This document shows positions 28,010 through 38,372 of a stretch of DNA of 64,000 nucleotides, piece after piece. Numbering within the stretch: the stretch's first letter is position 1; every line of letters starts with the position of its first letter. The position numbers and the translations under genes were made by a program. The notes beneath the pieces are model-generated. The model did not search any database. It was not told the DNA's origin and was given only the letters and a program-made list of their open reading frames with translations. The DNA comes from a virus: the IMG/VR virus record IMGVR_UViG_3300005080_000005; one strand, written 5' to 3'.

Positions 28010-28085
28010 CTAAAATAATTTCCTCTTTGTTATTGTATGTGGACATCTATTTTATCACATTTTCATGTTTTGACATTGATTCAAA

Positions 28086-28361
28086 TCAACTATCTTTCAG
28101 AAAACGAACAACTTCCATCAAACCACCAACATGTTTCAGAACATTTCCTTCTCCCATGACAAATACTTGCGGGATACTCCTAGAATTGACCCCAAGATCG
28201 ATCAACTCTTGAAGCTCGTAATCTTCTCCGAAGGATTTGTAGATAAAAGCCTTGTTCTTTTGGTTCAACAATTGAACTACCTGCTGGCAATTACTACAAC
28301 CTGCACCACCATATACAATAAAAGTATTTTGTGCAACAACGATATCACTTTCTTTATTCAT
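28086..28361 (-). CDS. glutaredoxin/NrdH-like redoxin
   Basis: CSNC active-site motif in a ~90-aa thioredoxin-fold protein between nrdD and nrdB. Confidence 0.7.
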   Translation of the reverse strand: MNKESDIVVAQNTFIVYGGAGCSNCQQVVQLLNQKNKAFIYKSFGEDYELQELIDLGVNSRSIPQVFVMGEGNVLKHVGGLMEVVRFLKDS

Positions 28362-28435
28362 AATTTTCTCCTTTTGTTATTTGATGCTGTAAATATTAAA
28401 TTAATTATAAGCACTTCCATGTGCTTTGTCAACAT

Positions 28436-29521
28436 TTAAAACTCTAATTCATCATCCCCAAGGTCATCTTTAGTTGCATTCAAAACATAATTGACAATAG
28501 TAGCTTCTTGTGCTGCTACTTGATGGGAGTCAATGTCAATCCAGTCATTCAACCAAGGAATTGGGTGGGATTCGGGAACTACATTGTCATTATGAACATT
28601 CAACACTTTGTACAATGGGGTTGCAGACCAAACAACCCACTCATCCAATAGTTGCTTGTTCAAGCCCAGAATACTACGCCCTTCTGAGAACAAGTATTCG
28701 TTCCAGTTTAGCTCTCGCTGTACAACCTTGTCAAGATATTCTTTTGTCCAAGGTTTAATATCTTTAAATGTTTGCTTCCATTCAGGGTCGTTTTGTAGGG
28801 TCTCAATAACAATTTTATCAAGTTGGGTATGATATTGTTCATCGATCATAATTTTCTGAACTAATTTGGCAACACCGATAAACAAATCTTGTTGTGCTAG
28901 TGCAAATGTGCAAGCAAACGATGCCATGAAACTAATACCTTCAAGAGCATACAGGGCTACTAATGTTTTTGCAATAGTTTCTTTGACGATTGGGTCATTT
29001 TTATCTACAAGACCAAGATTATACTTAGCACCAAGTTGTTCAAGTTCTTTGAACACGATACCAAAATCATAGCCACGTTCAGTAACTTCATTTCTCTCTA
29101 CTTCAGCAAACAATACTTCTGGATTCTTGAAACACTGTCGACCAATTTCGGAATATGTTAAACTGTGAAGCACTTCATTTTGCGATACATAAGAAGCTGC
29201 TGCCCAATATTCACTATTTGATACAAATGGTGCAAGAAGCGGTGCAATAGAACGAGAAGCAATGCTATCAAGCTCCCACTGATAGGCCAGAGTTTTAACC
29301 ATTACTTCGTATTGATTCTTTGGGCAATTCTCGAAATCGAAGCGGGATTGTTGAAGGTCAACCTCATCTTCACTCCAGTCAACAGACTTCAGTTTCTTGT
29401 AAAGTTTAAAGATCTGTGGGTATGTTGTGTTGATGCTATCGTGAAGTGCTGGTTGCTGCCCAAGGAATAGAGGGTAGTGCCCTTCGTGTCGTTGAGTATT
29501 TTCATAATTAAAAACTGCCAT
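28436..29521 (-). CDS. nrdB: ribonucleotide reductase small subunit
   Basis: 361 aa; ferritin-like di-iron RNR beta architecture. Confidence 0.85.
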   Translation of the reverse strand: MAVFNYENTQRHEGHYPLFLGQQPALHDSINTTYPQIFKLYKKLKSVDWSEDEVDLQQSRFDFENCPKNQYEVMVKTLAYQWELDSIASRSIAPLLAPFVSNSEYWAAASYVSQNEVLHSLTYSEIGRQCFKNPEVLFAEVERNEVTERGYDFGIVFKELEQLGAKYNLGLVDKNDPIVKETIAKTLVALYALEGISFMASFACTFALAQQDLFIGVAKLVQKIMIDEQYHTQLDKIVIETLQNDPEWKQTFKDIKPWTKEYLDKVVQRELNWNEYLFSEGRSILGLNKQLLDEWVVWSATPLYKVLNVHNDNVVPESHPIPWLNDWIDIDSHQVAAQEATIVNYVLNATKDDLGDDELEF

Positions 29522-29547
29522 TTATTTCCTCCTTTATTCAATTTATG

Positions 29548-30550
29548 TTATTTTACTTCTTCTAAATCACAGTTGTCAAGAAGTTTGTTTAGAGTGTATT
29601 GACAGTCATTATCAAAACACTCTGTACTCCAATCTACATAATGTTGGAAATTTCTTTCTCGTAGTTCAGTATGTAGCTCTTGTTCGTAGTCATAAATCTC
29701 TTGATGTGTTGCTGTAAAAGGTCCTCAATTTATAGATCTTTTTAATTTTAGATAAAGACCTTAACTTCTTAATCCTATCGTCAACAATAAAAGATCTTCC
29801 AACTTTGATGAATTTACCATTGAAGTCTAAGACATAAAGAAAATCAATTTCATCTTTTCTTTCGGGATAGTATCCGTTGCCGTTTCCGTTATCTCTTAGT
29901 AATTCAACTTGCCTATCTTTCCAACAACCACCACAACGTGTCCCATTGTTTACAAAATTGTGATAGCTGACACCCTGTTTTCCGTGAATCTTACAATTGT
30001 ATTCAAAATGAGAACGGTTATTTTTATATCCACCAACAAAGCCAACAGCATCGTAATCCATTTCTTTGCAGATATCAATACATTTTTGCAGGGCTTCTTG
30101 TTCTGTTGGTCTGGCATTTCCAGAACACTTAGGACAACATCTGCCGTTATTGATTACATTATCAATACTTGCAGTCCACTTATAACTGTCTTTTAAACAT
30201 TCTAGGTTTAGTTTTGTATATGCCCCATGAAACTCTTCTGCAAAACCATGAACAACAAATCCTTTCTCTTCTCCTGCTCTACGAGCAAGAATCAGATATT
30301 GCCAATCTTCCCATTCGTACTTAGAACAACCGCAGGGTTTCCGCCCATTCTTCAGGTTACTTTTTGTACTAACAAAATAACCATCTGGAAACAGTTCAGG
30401 ATCTTTAGAACATTCAGTACAAGTTACTTTAAATAATGAAATTCCCCATTTATCCTTACCTGCAATTCCTACAACCCTTAATCTGCCATTATTAAACGTC
30501 TCACCTATAAAATCTTCAGCTTTTTGTTGTTTCTTCTTATTTTCAGCCAC
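29548..30550 (-). pseudogene. Zn-ribbon + T5orf172 homing-endonuclease paralog 3, frameshifted near 29705-29715
   Basis: ORF track 29690-30550 ends ...KLRTFYSNTSRDL. The conserved C-terminus (FTATHQEIYDYEQELHTELRERNFQHYVDWSTECF...) continues in another frame to TAA at 29548. The region has one extra base relative to paralog 2. Confidence 0.6.
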
Positions 30551-30619
30551 TTAATTCTACCTCCTTTTACTATGAACTTGCATTATACTACCTTAATTTG
30601 AAAATGTCAATACAAATCC

Positions 30620-30652
30620 ATAATAAAAGAGGCTCATTATAAGCCTCCTCTT
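30620..30652 (-). terminator. terminator-like hairpin (minus strand)
   Basis: GAGGCT tataatg AGCCTC + TTTTATTAT on the minus strand. Confidence 0.45.
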
Positions 30653-30661
30653 GTTTACAAC

Positions 30662-32920
30662 TTACAAACTGCAACCACCTGACGCACAACCAGATTCTTG
30701 CGAAGTCAGTTGCTCAACTTCATCGGATTTGGATTTTGTATTGCAGTAATAATGAGTCTTGAGTCCCATCTTACACATATATAGCAAGTTCGTCAAGTCT
30801 TCCTTCGTACCGATCTTACCATCTTGATATTTAGAGGTATCGAAATAAAAGTCAGCACTAATAGCTTGCCCACAGAACTTCTGAACAATTGCATACATGT
30901 CTACCAAGTCCTTAAATGGGACATCCCAACACTTCTCGTAACTGTATCGAGTAATCAAATTATCATAATCTGGTACAAACACTGGAATTTTGTTTATATC
31001 CGAAGATTTAATAATCAGTTCACTACGAATTGGATAAAGACCGTTAGTTGTGTTTGATGCTAGAGAACTACTTTCTCCGGGCATGTGTGCCTCAAGGACA
31101 CTATTGCGCAACCCGCCTTGTTCAATAATTTCTTGTCGTAACTGTTCCCAGTCAAATACCAACGAACTATCAACAACATCATCTACATTTTTATTGTATG
31201 TGTCAATAGGCAACCAACCTTTAGGATATTTAGTTTTACCAATCCATTCTGCATTACCCTTTTCTTTTGCAAGACGAAGAGAAGCTTTGTGCATATAGTA
31301 GCTGTGCATTTCTGCTAGTTCGTGAATAAGACGTTTACCTTTATTGCTTGTATAACCTGCATTCTGTGATGCAAGATAGTTTGCTAGGTTAACAATACCA
31401 ACACCAATACTTCTGCGAGCTTTTGCTGTTACTTCCATCTGGGGGAATGGGTATTCCATCAAGTCAATAGTGTTGTCGATTAGTAAGGTTGTATAATAAG
31501 CAACATCTTCGTACTCTTCTTGTGTAACACGTCCTGCTACAATTGCACCAATAAAACACAATGCTACTTCTCCTGCATCACCATCTGTTCCATACAAATC
31601 TACAATACTCTTAAATCCTTTTGTAGGTAGCGTGATTTCTTGGCATAAATTTGAGCTGTAGATTGGCTCTTTAAATGGAGTATGTCGATTAATCTCGTCA
31701 ATAAATGTCTTGTATGTTCGACCAGATTCACGCCAGTTCTTTTGAATATCAATTGCCAATTCACGAGCATTGACATACTTCTTTTCTTTAATATCTGATT
31801 TGTCGTATTTGTCATACAGTTCAACAAAACCTTCATAATCTGAACTATAAAACTTATCATACAAATCTTGAGCGTAGTATGGACTAATTAACATCCACTG
31901 CTCGTTCTTAGCAACTTTCTGAATAAACAGTTTGTTCATGCTGTTACTATAATCCAACCCACGAATCTGTTTTTGTGTCGGTGTAGTTGGATGTTTTAGA
32001 CGAATCAAATCTTCAATTTCAGGATCTAGAATATTAATGTGCATTGTTGCACTACCGCCACGTACTGCTTGCTTTGTAGATTTGACAGCACTTTCGTAGT
32101 ACCGAAGGTAAGGTAGTTTACCATAGTGTACAATGTCGCCACCACGAACAGGGTCTTTTACTGAACGAGTATGCATGTAACCACCAATCCCTGCTGATGC
32201 GCAAGTCATCATATAGGCAATGTGGCTACCTACTTCAATACTCTCTGCTGTATCGTGCGTAGTAAACAAACAGCAACTTGCATAACCTTTAAACTTAGTT
32301 CTCATACCAGAAAGAGTTGGTGTTGGAACATTAATCTTCAAATCTGACAGATAGGTGTACAGTTTGATTACATCTTCAACTCTCCGCTCTTGTGGTTGAT
32401 TCTGCATAGCCGCCAGAGCAATACCCACATACATAAACTGAGGTGATTCAAACAGTTGTCCAGTATGCTTGTTTTTAAGCATGTATTTATCACACATTTG
32501 ACGAAGGCTTGAGTATTGGTATCCGAAATCTTTATTGTGGATAACAAAAGAATCAATTTCGTCAAGTTCTTCTTCAACGTACTCCATGTCAATCCACTTT
32601 TCTGATTCTACCATTTTTGTATAGAACTCAAAAAGAGAGGGTGGTTCTACAAAATCACCAAACACTTCTTTATAGATATCCCCAACAAGGAGTCGTGCTG
32701 CAACATCTGCATGTTGGTATGTTGCCTTTTCAAGACAGGTGTCAATAAGCGCCTTGTGGATATCTTTGGTAGAGCACATATCGGACAGTTTCTTAGTTGC
32801 ACTCATTACAATTTCTGACCAAGATACTTTAGATTCACTGGCCCACTCAGCCCACTTATTCAGTTTGTTTGGGTCGAACTCAACAACTTCACCATTACGT
32901 TTGATTACACTTTTAATCAA
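30662..32920 (-). CDS. nrdA: ribonucleotide reductase large subunit
   Basis: 752 aa; N-terminal ATP-cone, catalytic NLCQEITLP motif, C-terminal CxxC tail. Confidence 0.9.
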   Translation of the reverse strand: MIKSVIKRNGEVVEFDPNKLNKWAEWASESKVSWSEIVMSATKKLSDMCSTKDIHKALIDTCLEKATYQHADVAARLLVGDIYKEVFGDFVEPPSLFEFYTKMVESEKWIDMEYVEEELDEIDSFVIHNKDFGYQYSSLRQMCDKYMLKNKHTGQLFESPQFMYVGIALAAMQNQPQERRVEDVIKLYTYLSDLKINVPTPTLSGMRTKFKGYASCCLFTTHDTAESIEVGSHIAYMMTCASAGIGGYMHTRSVKDPVRGGDIVHYGKLPYLRYYESAVKSTKQAVRGGSATMHINILDPEIEDLIRLKHPTTPTQKQIRGLDYSNSMNKLFIQKVAKNEQWMLISPYYAQDLYDKFYSSDYEGFVELYDKYDKSDIKEKKYVNARELAIDIQKNWRESGRTYKTFIDEINRHTPFKEPIYSSNLCQEITLPTKGFKSIVDLYGTDGDAGEVALCFIGAIVAGRVTQEEYEDVAYYTTLLIDNTIDLMEYPFPQMEVTAKARRSIGVGIVNLANYLASQNAGYTSNKGKRLIHELAEMHSYYMHKASLRLAKEKGNAEWIGKTKYPKGWLPIDTYNKNVDDVVDSSLVFDWEQLRQEIIEQGGLRNSVLEAHMPGESSSLASNTTNGLYPIRSELIIKSSDINKIPVFVPDYDNLITRYSYEKCWDVPFKDLVDMYAIVQKFCGQAISADFYFDTSKYQDGKIGTKEDLTNLLYMCKMGLKTHYYCNTKSKSDEVEQLTSQESGCASGGCSL

Positions 32921-33138
32921 TTATTCCTCCATTATATTTTTATTATTTATATTCAATCTGAATTAATAATCTTCAATGTTGATTGTTTTTCCTGTGAAAG
33001 CATCCTGATAGATATTATCATATGTTGCTTCTTCAGAGACAAGTCCATTGAAGTAGAGCCAACCTTGGTATGATTTCTTGCACTCAAACCCTTTTAATTG
33101 CCATGCTGGAATTTTACCTTCTTCTTTTTCTTTCTTAC

Positions 33139-33426
33139 TCATTGATCCTCCACCTTTTCATAAGTAATTTCAAAGATATCGGGTTTACAAGGATAGTATT
33201 CACCTTTTACACCTTTTATAATAAAATCACCTTTTGAAACAATATGTGTTCCTTCCAGTGTTTCAATATTAAATGAGTAGGAACCCATTTCTCCGGGAGT
33301 CCATTTGATATCTTTGAATGTATCCATGATAGCATTAAAAGAGATTGCTGTACCTTCCCATTGAATAGCTTCAATAACTACTGGTTTCTTTCTATATTTC
33401 ATTTTATACCTCGTATTTAAATCCAA
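33139..33426 (-). CDS. hypothetical protein
   Basis: ORF. Confidence 0.45.
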   Translation of the reverse strand: MDLNTRYKMKYRKKPVVIEAIQWEGTAISFNAIMDTFKDIKWTPGEMGSYSFNIETLEGTHIVSKGDFIIKGVKGEYYPCKPDIFEITYEKVEDQ

Positions 33427-33968
33427 TGGAGTGTTGGTTGTCCTACATAATCACTATCAAAATGGCACCAACAGTATGTTACACTATTTGCTGTTTCTTT
33501 TTGTTCAACACCTTCTGTGCAACTGATGCGACTAACAAACACATAAACATTCTTCAAATGACCTTTACTGAATAGTTGTTCGTATCGTTTCTTGCTTTCA
33601 AGGAATTGAAGTCGAAGAAGTAAGTATTGTTCTTTTGCACATTCAAAACCTTTGTTGACAAATTCGTTTGCTAACTTATAAGGAGGATTTGAAATAATAG
33701 TATCGTAATTAAACTCAATATCTGTATTCAAGAAATCTTCGTTGTATTCTGTTGTATAACCATGTTCAAACAACTCATTAGTTACAACAAACAAACCTCT
33801 ATTACGAAGATACTCACTAACAATACCAATACCTGCACAGGGTTCAAAATATTTTTTATCTTTACTGAAATTCACAATTTCAAATAATTTATCAAGTGCA
33901 ACTTCTGGTGTTGAATACAAATCTGAATAGTCTTTGCTCTTATTTCTCTTAGAGTTTGGTGATGCCAC
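33417..33968 (-). CDS. DNA N6-adenine (or N4-cytosine) methyltransferase
   Basis: Motif I FEPCAGIG and motif IV NPPY. Confidence 0.55.
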   Translation of the reverse strand: MASPNSKRNKSKDYSDLYSTPEVALDKLFEIVNFSKDKKYFEPCAGIGIVSEYLRNRGLFVVTNELFEHGYTTEYNEDFLNTDIEFNYDTIISNPPYKLANEFVNKGFECAKEQYLLLRLQFLESKKRYEQLFSKGHLKNVYVFVSRISCTEGVEQKETANSVTYCWCHFDSDYVGQPTLHWI

Positions 33969-34516
33969 TATTTATCCTCTTCAAAAGGTGATTCGAACAA
34001 ATTATCTTGCTTCATCAACTCACTCAAACTTAGATCTTGTGGATTAATAATTTTATATCGTGATTTCTCTTCTTGGCTGCGATTATAGTTTTTCTCGCTA
34101 ATACCATTAACGCCCTCATAGTCGGGTACATCAAACGGCAAATCTGTAACTACTTTCTTGCTTTCAGCTTGAAGCATTTCTACGACAACATTAAATTCTT
34201 TGCCTGTCTTAGGGTCTTTAGCATTTACATCAAGTACATCATGATTCTTATAGATACTTTTGTAAGGATAATCACTTCGTAGTTGTCCTTGGAAAATAGT
34301 TGTTTCACGAACATGCATCGGACTATGGCGATAACGGACTAGAACACCTTCTACACAGTCAAATTTCTTTGAAACATCAAAACCAATTACATGTAGAGCA
34401 GCCATTAGGTGATTTTTATTGTTATCTACATCAAGTTCAGGGAGTGATCGAAGAAAGTCAATAGTAACAGACTTATATTTATCTTCAGGGGACAGGTTTG
34501 AAATTGATTGATTCAT
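33968..34516 (-). CDS. hypothetical protein
   Basis: ORF 182 aa. Confidence 0.5.
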   Translation of the reverse strand: MNQSISNLSPEDKYKSVTIDFLRSLPELDVDNNKNHLMAALHVIGFDVSKKFDCVEGVLVRYRHSPMHVRETTIFQGQLRSDYPYKSIYKNHDVLDVNAKDPKTGKEFNVVVEMLQAESKKVVTDLPFDVPDYEGVNGISEKNYNRSQEEKSRYKIINPQDLSLSELMKQDNLFESPFEEDK

Positions 34517-34633
34517 TAATACTCTCCTTTGTTAAGATAGCAACCTACAACTTTTTATGATTACTATCTTTTGTTATTTTGTTTGTATGATTATAATGAT
34601 TTAAATTAGAAAGTCAAGTTATATTTTAATTAA

Positions 34634-34960
34634 CTACCAAACATGGAGTTCACTAATAACTTTCAAATCTTCTTCGGTATATTCTACATTAAATTTAGAA
34701 TTAATCGTATTCAAAAACGACTCTTTGTTGTTATTAACTTCTTTTAGATTGCTTCCGTCTACAATAAAGTACCAATAGTCTGTACCGCCATAACAACCAT
34801 TTCCTGCTTTTTCGTAAGTAATACCTAGATATTCCATACAAGCATATGGGTCTTCGTCCCACTCTTCTTCTGTAAAATATTCCAGCTCAATTGCTTTGTA
34901 TTGTAAATCATCATTAAATTCAACACCGATTCCGCCAACTGCATTGTAATCAACACCCAT
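34634..34960 (-). CDS. hypothetical protein
   Basis: ORF. Confidence 0.45.
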   Translation of the reverse strand: MGVDYNAVGGIGVEFNDDLQYKAIELEYFTEEEWDEDPYACMEYLGITYEKAGNGCYGGTDYWYFIVDGSNLKEVNNNKESFLNTINSKFNVEYTEEDLKVISELHVW

Positions 34961-34971
34961 AAACTTCTCCT

Positions 34972-35511
34972 TTATTTAATTCTTTTCAAAACATTAATTG
35001 TAAAATGTGTATCTGATTTTTCATCATAACATTGTTTGATTCTTGTACCTTTATCAAAATCTTTGACCATCTTATCAATTGTCTTATCAGTCAAGAATTT
35101 ATTTGCTTCTGGATAACTCTTTTCAATTTGTGTCCAATGAATTTCATCTACATAGTCAATAAACGCTTCATAAATTTGAGACCCACCAATAAGCCAAGAC
35201 TCTTTACAACACACTGATGTATCTTGTACAGCATTTTCCCACAACGGATAAACTAAACACGTATTCGTATCCAATCGTTTAAATCTGTCCTTAATAGACA
35301 TTTCTTGGTTTGTAAGTACCATGTTATATCTATCTTTTAATCCAAAAGGTGAGTTCAAAGATTCAAATGTCTTTCTACCCATTATAACAAAACTAGACTT
35401 CAGTGTTTTCTCTTTAAAGTATTTCATATCTTCTGGTAGGTGCCACAATAATTTATTATCAATACCGATTTCAAAATTACTACCTGTTGCTACAATCATT
35501 TTAAGACTCAT
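34972..35511 (-). CDS. frd: dihydrofolate reductase
   Basis: MIVATGSNFEIGIDNKLLWHLPEDMKYFKEKT...IMGRKTFESL matches DHFR N-terminal signature. Confidence 0.8.
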   Translation of the reverse strand: MSLKMIVATGSNFEIGIDNKLLWHLPEDMKYFKEKTLKSSFVIMGRKTFESLNSPFGLKDRYNMVLTNQEMSIKDRFKRLDTNTCLVYPLWENAVQDTSVCCKESWLIGGSQIYEAFIDYVDEIHWTQIEKSYPEANKFLTDKTIDKMVKDFDKGTRIKQCYDEKSDTHFTINVLKRIK

Positions 35512-35531
35512 ACACTCTCCTTATTTAAGTA

Positions 35532-36377
35532 TTACTCGCTAAAAGGGAATACAATCTTTCCTTGGTGCTCGTAACCAGTAAGGGTATAGTAGTCTTTGGC
35601 AACATGATTGTCAATCAAAATGTCCTCGAAAGTTTTAATATTGTCTGTAAATTCAAACTTTGGTTTAATCTTCAATGGTTTACGTGTCAATTGCTGTTCT
35701 TTCAAGATTTCTAACTGATCTTCGTAAATATGAGAATTCACAATATGATGTGTCGCACGACCAAATTTAAAACCTGTTATATGACACATAAGTTTCAATA
35801 AGAACCAGACTTGAATCATGTTAAATGATAAACCTAGTGGAACATCACAACTTCGCTGATAACTTGTTAAATACAGTTTGTCATTAATAATTGTAAAATG
35901 ATGTTGCATCAAACAAGGGCGAAGGCAACCTTTATCGAAATCAGCAGGATTCCAGAACGTGATAATTTCCCCGCGATCATCTTTTCCTGAAATCAAATCA
36001 TCAACAACTTTCTTGATTAAATTAACCCCATTAAAGTCTTTGGCTGTCGCGCCATAGACTCGCCCCATATCGTTTTCACCTTTACGACTAGGATTATCTA
36101 ACCAAGCTTTTGTTTGATTCGCATTAGCATACCAAGTCTTTGTCCCAATACGGTCAAATTCTGAAGCATCTGTATAACCTCTGAGATACCCAATAATCTC
36201 AGCAATTGCACTGTTGACTGCAACTTGTTTTGTTGTCAACACTGGAATATCTTCAGAATAATACATTGTTGTATTTGGAATAGTCAAACAACGTTTTCCA
36301 GTACGTTCATTACATACCCATTCCCCAAATTCGATAATTTGTTCACATAATTTTAGATATTGTTTCTCTGGACTCAC
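35532..36377 (-). CDS. thyA: thymidylate synthase
   Basis: 281 aa; catalytic PCLMQHHF...YQRSCDVPLGLSFN motifs. Confidence 0.9.
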   Translation of the reverse strand: MSPEKQYLKLCEQIIEFGEWVCNERTGKRCLTIPNTTMYYSEDIPVLTTKQVAVNSAIAEIIGYLRGYTDASEFDRIGTKTWYANANQTKAWLDNPSRKGENDMGRVYGATAKDFNGVNLIKKVVDDLISGKDDRGEIITFWNPADFDKGCLRPCLMQHHFTIINDKLYLTSYQRSCDVPLGLSFNMIQVWFLLKLMCHITGFKFGRATHHIVNSHIYEDQLEILKEQQLTRKPLKIKPKFEFTDNIKTFEDILIDNHVAKDYYTLTGYEHQGKIVFPFSE

Positions 36378-36385
36378 CTAACCTC

Positions 36386-36664
36386 CTAACCATGCATTAT
36401 TGGTAGAACATGTTGTTCAGCAACATATACCAAATAGTCGCCTTCGGCGTACTTAACGTAGTTAATAGGTTTTTCACCACCTAACCAACTATTGGTAGCC
36501 TGAAACCAAACACAAATTTCAGCTTCACTCTTGTTGTAACTTTTCATTAAACTAATTACTTCACCAATCTCACCTTTGTCTGGCAAACCTAAATCTGAGA
36601 GTTTTGTTTTTAGATTGTGTTTCTCAGCAAATTCATAAATACTTATAGTTTTAAACTGTTTCAT
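36386..36664 (-). CDS. hypothetical protein
   Basis: ORF. Confidence 0.45.
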   Translation of the reverse strand: MKQFKTISIYEFAEKHNLKTKLSDLGLPDKGEIGEVISLMKSYNKSEAEICVWFQATNSWLGGEKPINYVKYAEGDYLVYVAEQHVLPIMHG

Positions 36665-36906
36665 CTTATCCTTACTCCATCAAGGTATATCTGCACGTTG
36701 TTTATGTCTGACATTGGGATATTATATATTGTTACTAACTCAATATCAAATTGTTTTCTGCATTTGTTATGTTTAATTGTTGTCTCTACCAGCCTATTCC
36801 CTGTTGAATCAATAACAACCAGATACTGTCCTCGTTGTGCGTAGTATTTATTATTTGTCACATGAAATATCTCCTTCATAAACAACCCCGGCATTCCATA
36901 TATCAA
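36661..36906 (-). CDS. hypothetical protein
   Basis: ORF. Confidence 0.4.
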   Translation of the reverse strand: MIYGMPGLFMKEIFHVTNNKYYAQRGQYLVVIDSTGNRLVETTIKHNKCRKQFDIELVTIYNIPMSDINNVQIYLDGVRIR

Positions 36907-37108
36907 GCATGTCTTGCCACTCTATCAAATTACTACCGCCATCATCAAACTCTACGCAAATTTCGTTACCACAATCTTTACATAATACCCAACCACTCTG
37001 ATAACAAACACCTCTTATTTCAAGACAACCTGTAGAATCTGTTTCTAGATTATAACTTCCACATTTTATGCATGGTTTTAGTTTATAAATTTCTGCATCT
37101 TTGCTCAT
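36851..37108 (-). CDS. zinc-ribbon protein
   Basis: CIKCGS...CKDCGNE. Confidence 0.45.
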   Translation of the reverse strand: MSKDAEIYKLKPCIKCGSYNLETDSTGCLEIRGVCYQSGWVLCKDCGNEICVEFDDGGSNLIEWQDMLDIWNAGVVYEGDISCDK

Positions 37109-37680
37109 AAGACTTCTTCAAGGAATTTACCAATACTTTGCCAATTATTGCTGTGAAAGTCAATAGAAACTTCCAGATCTTCACATTGAGTGTATGGTGT
37201 GTTGAATTTAATTTTAATAACTTTATCACCAAAAGAATTTAAGAACAGATTACGGTCATCAATCATTACATCAACATTAACAAAATGTTTCTCTTTTGTT
37301 GCAATAAAACCAAAGGAATCTTTTGGAATATCAAACCACTCTTTTGCTGCAACTACCTTACTCTTGAAGTGGTTCTGCTGGCAGTGGCTAATAAACACAA
37401 TTTTGTGCCCTTGCTTTGCAAGATTATTGATAACTTCAACAGCACTTCTATATGGTTTCAGTTTTTGATACAGTGAAGTATCTTTCCAGAAACTAAAGCT
37501 TTCTGATTCAGTCAAGTCTGGATAATATCTACCAAGATTATAATCAATTTCTTTCATTACTGCAAATTGTTCTTTTGAAATATAATGATACGACATTGCG
37601 TTCAAGTGGTCTATCCAACCTCCTTGTTGAAAGACACAATCAACAACTGTCAAATCAAAATCAATTCCGATTGTGGTCAT
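37105..37680 (-). CDS. HAD-family 5'(3')-deoxyribonucleotidase
   Basis: HAD motif I IGIDFDLTV at N-terminus; size and layout of NT5C-type phage nucleotidases. Confidence 0.55.
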   Translation of the reverse strand: MTTIGIDFDLTVVDCVFQQGGWIDHLNAMSYHYISKEQFAVMKEIDYNLGRYYPDLTESESFSFWKDTSLYQKLKPYRSAVEVINNLAKQGHKIVFISHCQQNHFKSKVVAAKEWFDIPKDSFGFIATKEKHFVNVDVMIDDRNLFLNSFGDKVIKIKFNTPYTQCEDLEVSIDFHSNNWQSIGKFLEEVL

Positions 37681-38372
37681 TAATTTTCACCTTTTTCTTT
37701 AATAATACGTATAACAGTGTAGTATATTCTGCTATCTATTTCATCCATTTCTGGTTTTAATTCTAACGCTAGTTCTAATTTTCTCATAATCCATGCAAGA
37801 TGTGCTTGGTTTTCATCATTAAAGTAACCAAGGTGATCTCTCTTTTTAGTTTTTGGATTACTACATGCACTTTGAAATTTATTAGCTCTCTTGTTCCAAT
37901 ATACACCTATTTTATATTTACCGCGAGATTTATCTCTTCCTAATGTGAATGAATTCAACCATTGTGGAACAAACACACATGTTTCTGGTGAATACTTTTT
38001 ATTACCAAAAATCAATAGATCTTTATCTAGCTGATAACCCTCTTTGTAATTATCAATATACCACACTCTAAAATTAGAAAACGACAACCATTCATCACAA
38101 ACAGTAATATCTTCGTAAGTTGGTTGCACTTTATGTCTGTTGTGACTATATGCTCTGGATAGCATACTCTTCCACTCAGAATACACAGGGCACATATTAT
38201 GCTCTTTCCTTATTCGTACCGCAACAGAGTAATTTGCATCATTTACACCAACACCATGTATTAGTTTTCTAACACCACCCCTATTATCTTTATTATACAG
38301 TGGTAAGTTGTGTTCAAACCAATAGGTTAAGTTAATTTTAGTTATGTTTTTAGGGTAACTTGTCATTATCAT
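37680..38372 (-). CDS. homing endonuclease, NUMOD4/HNH-type, paralog 1
   Basis: HGVGVNDANYSV...YSEWKSMLSRAY...VCDEWLSFSNFRVW...LDKDLL, shared with 39227-39790 and 52056-52643. Confidence 0.6.
   Translation of the reverse strand: MIMTSYPKNITKINLTYWFEHNLPLYNKDNRGGVRKLIHGVGVNDANYSVAVRIRKEHNMCPVYSEWKSMLSRAYSHNRHKVQPTYEDITVCDEWLSFSNFRVWYIDNYKEGYQLDKDLLIFGNKKYSPETCVFVPQWLNSFTLGRDKSRGKYKIGVYWNKRANKFQSACSNPKTKKRDHLGYFNDENQAHLAWIMRKLELALELKPEMDEIDSRIYYTVIRIIKEKGEN

Noticed and set aside
26231-36377. Group I introns or inteins in nrdD, nrdB, nrdA, thyA (common in T4-like phages)
   Set aside because: All four genes are single uninterrupted ORFs of normal length (592, 361, 752, 281 aa) with contiguous catalytic motifs. 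The only mobile-element footprints are free-standing endonuclease genes between them.
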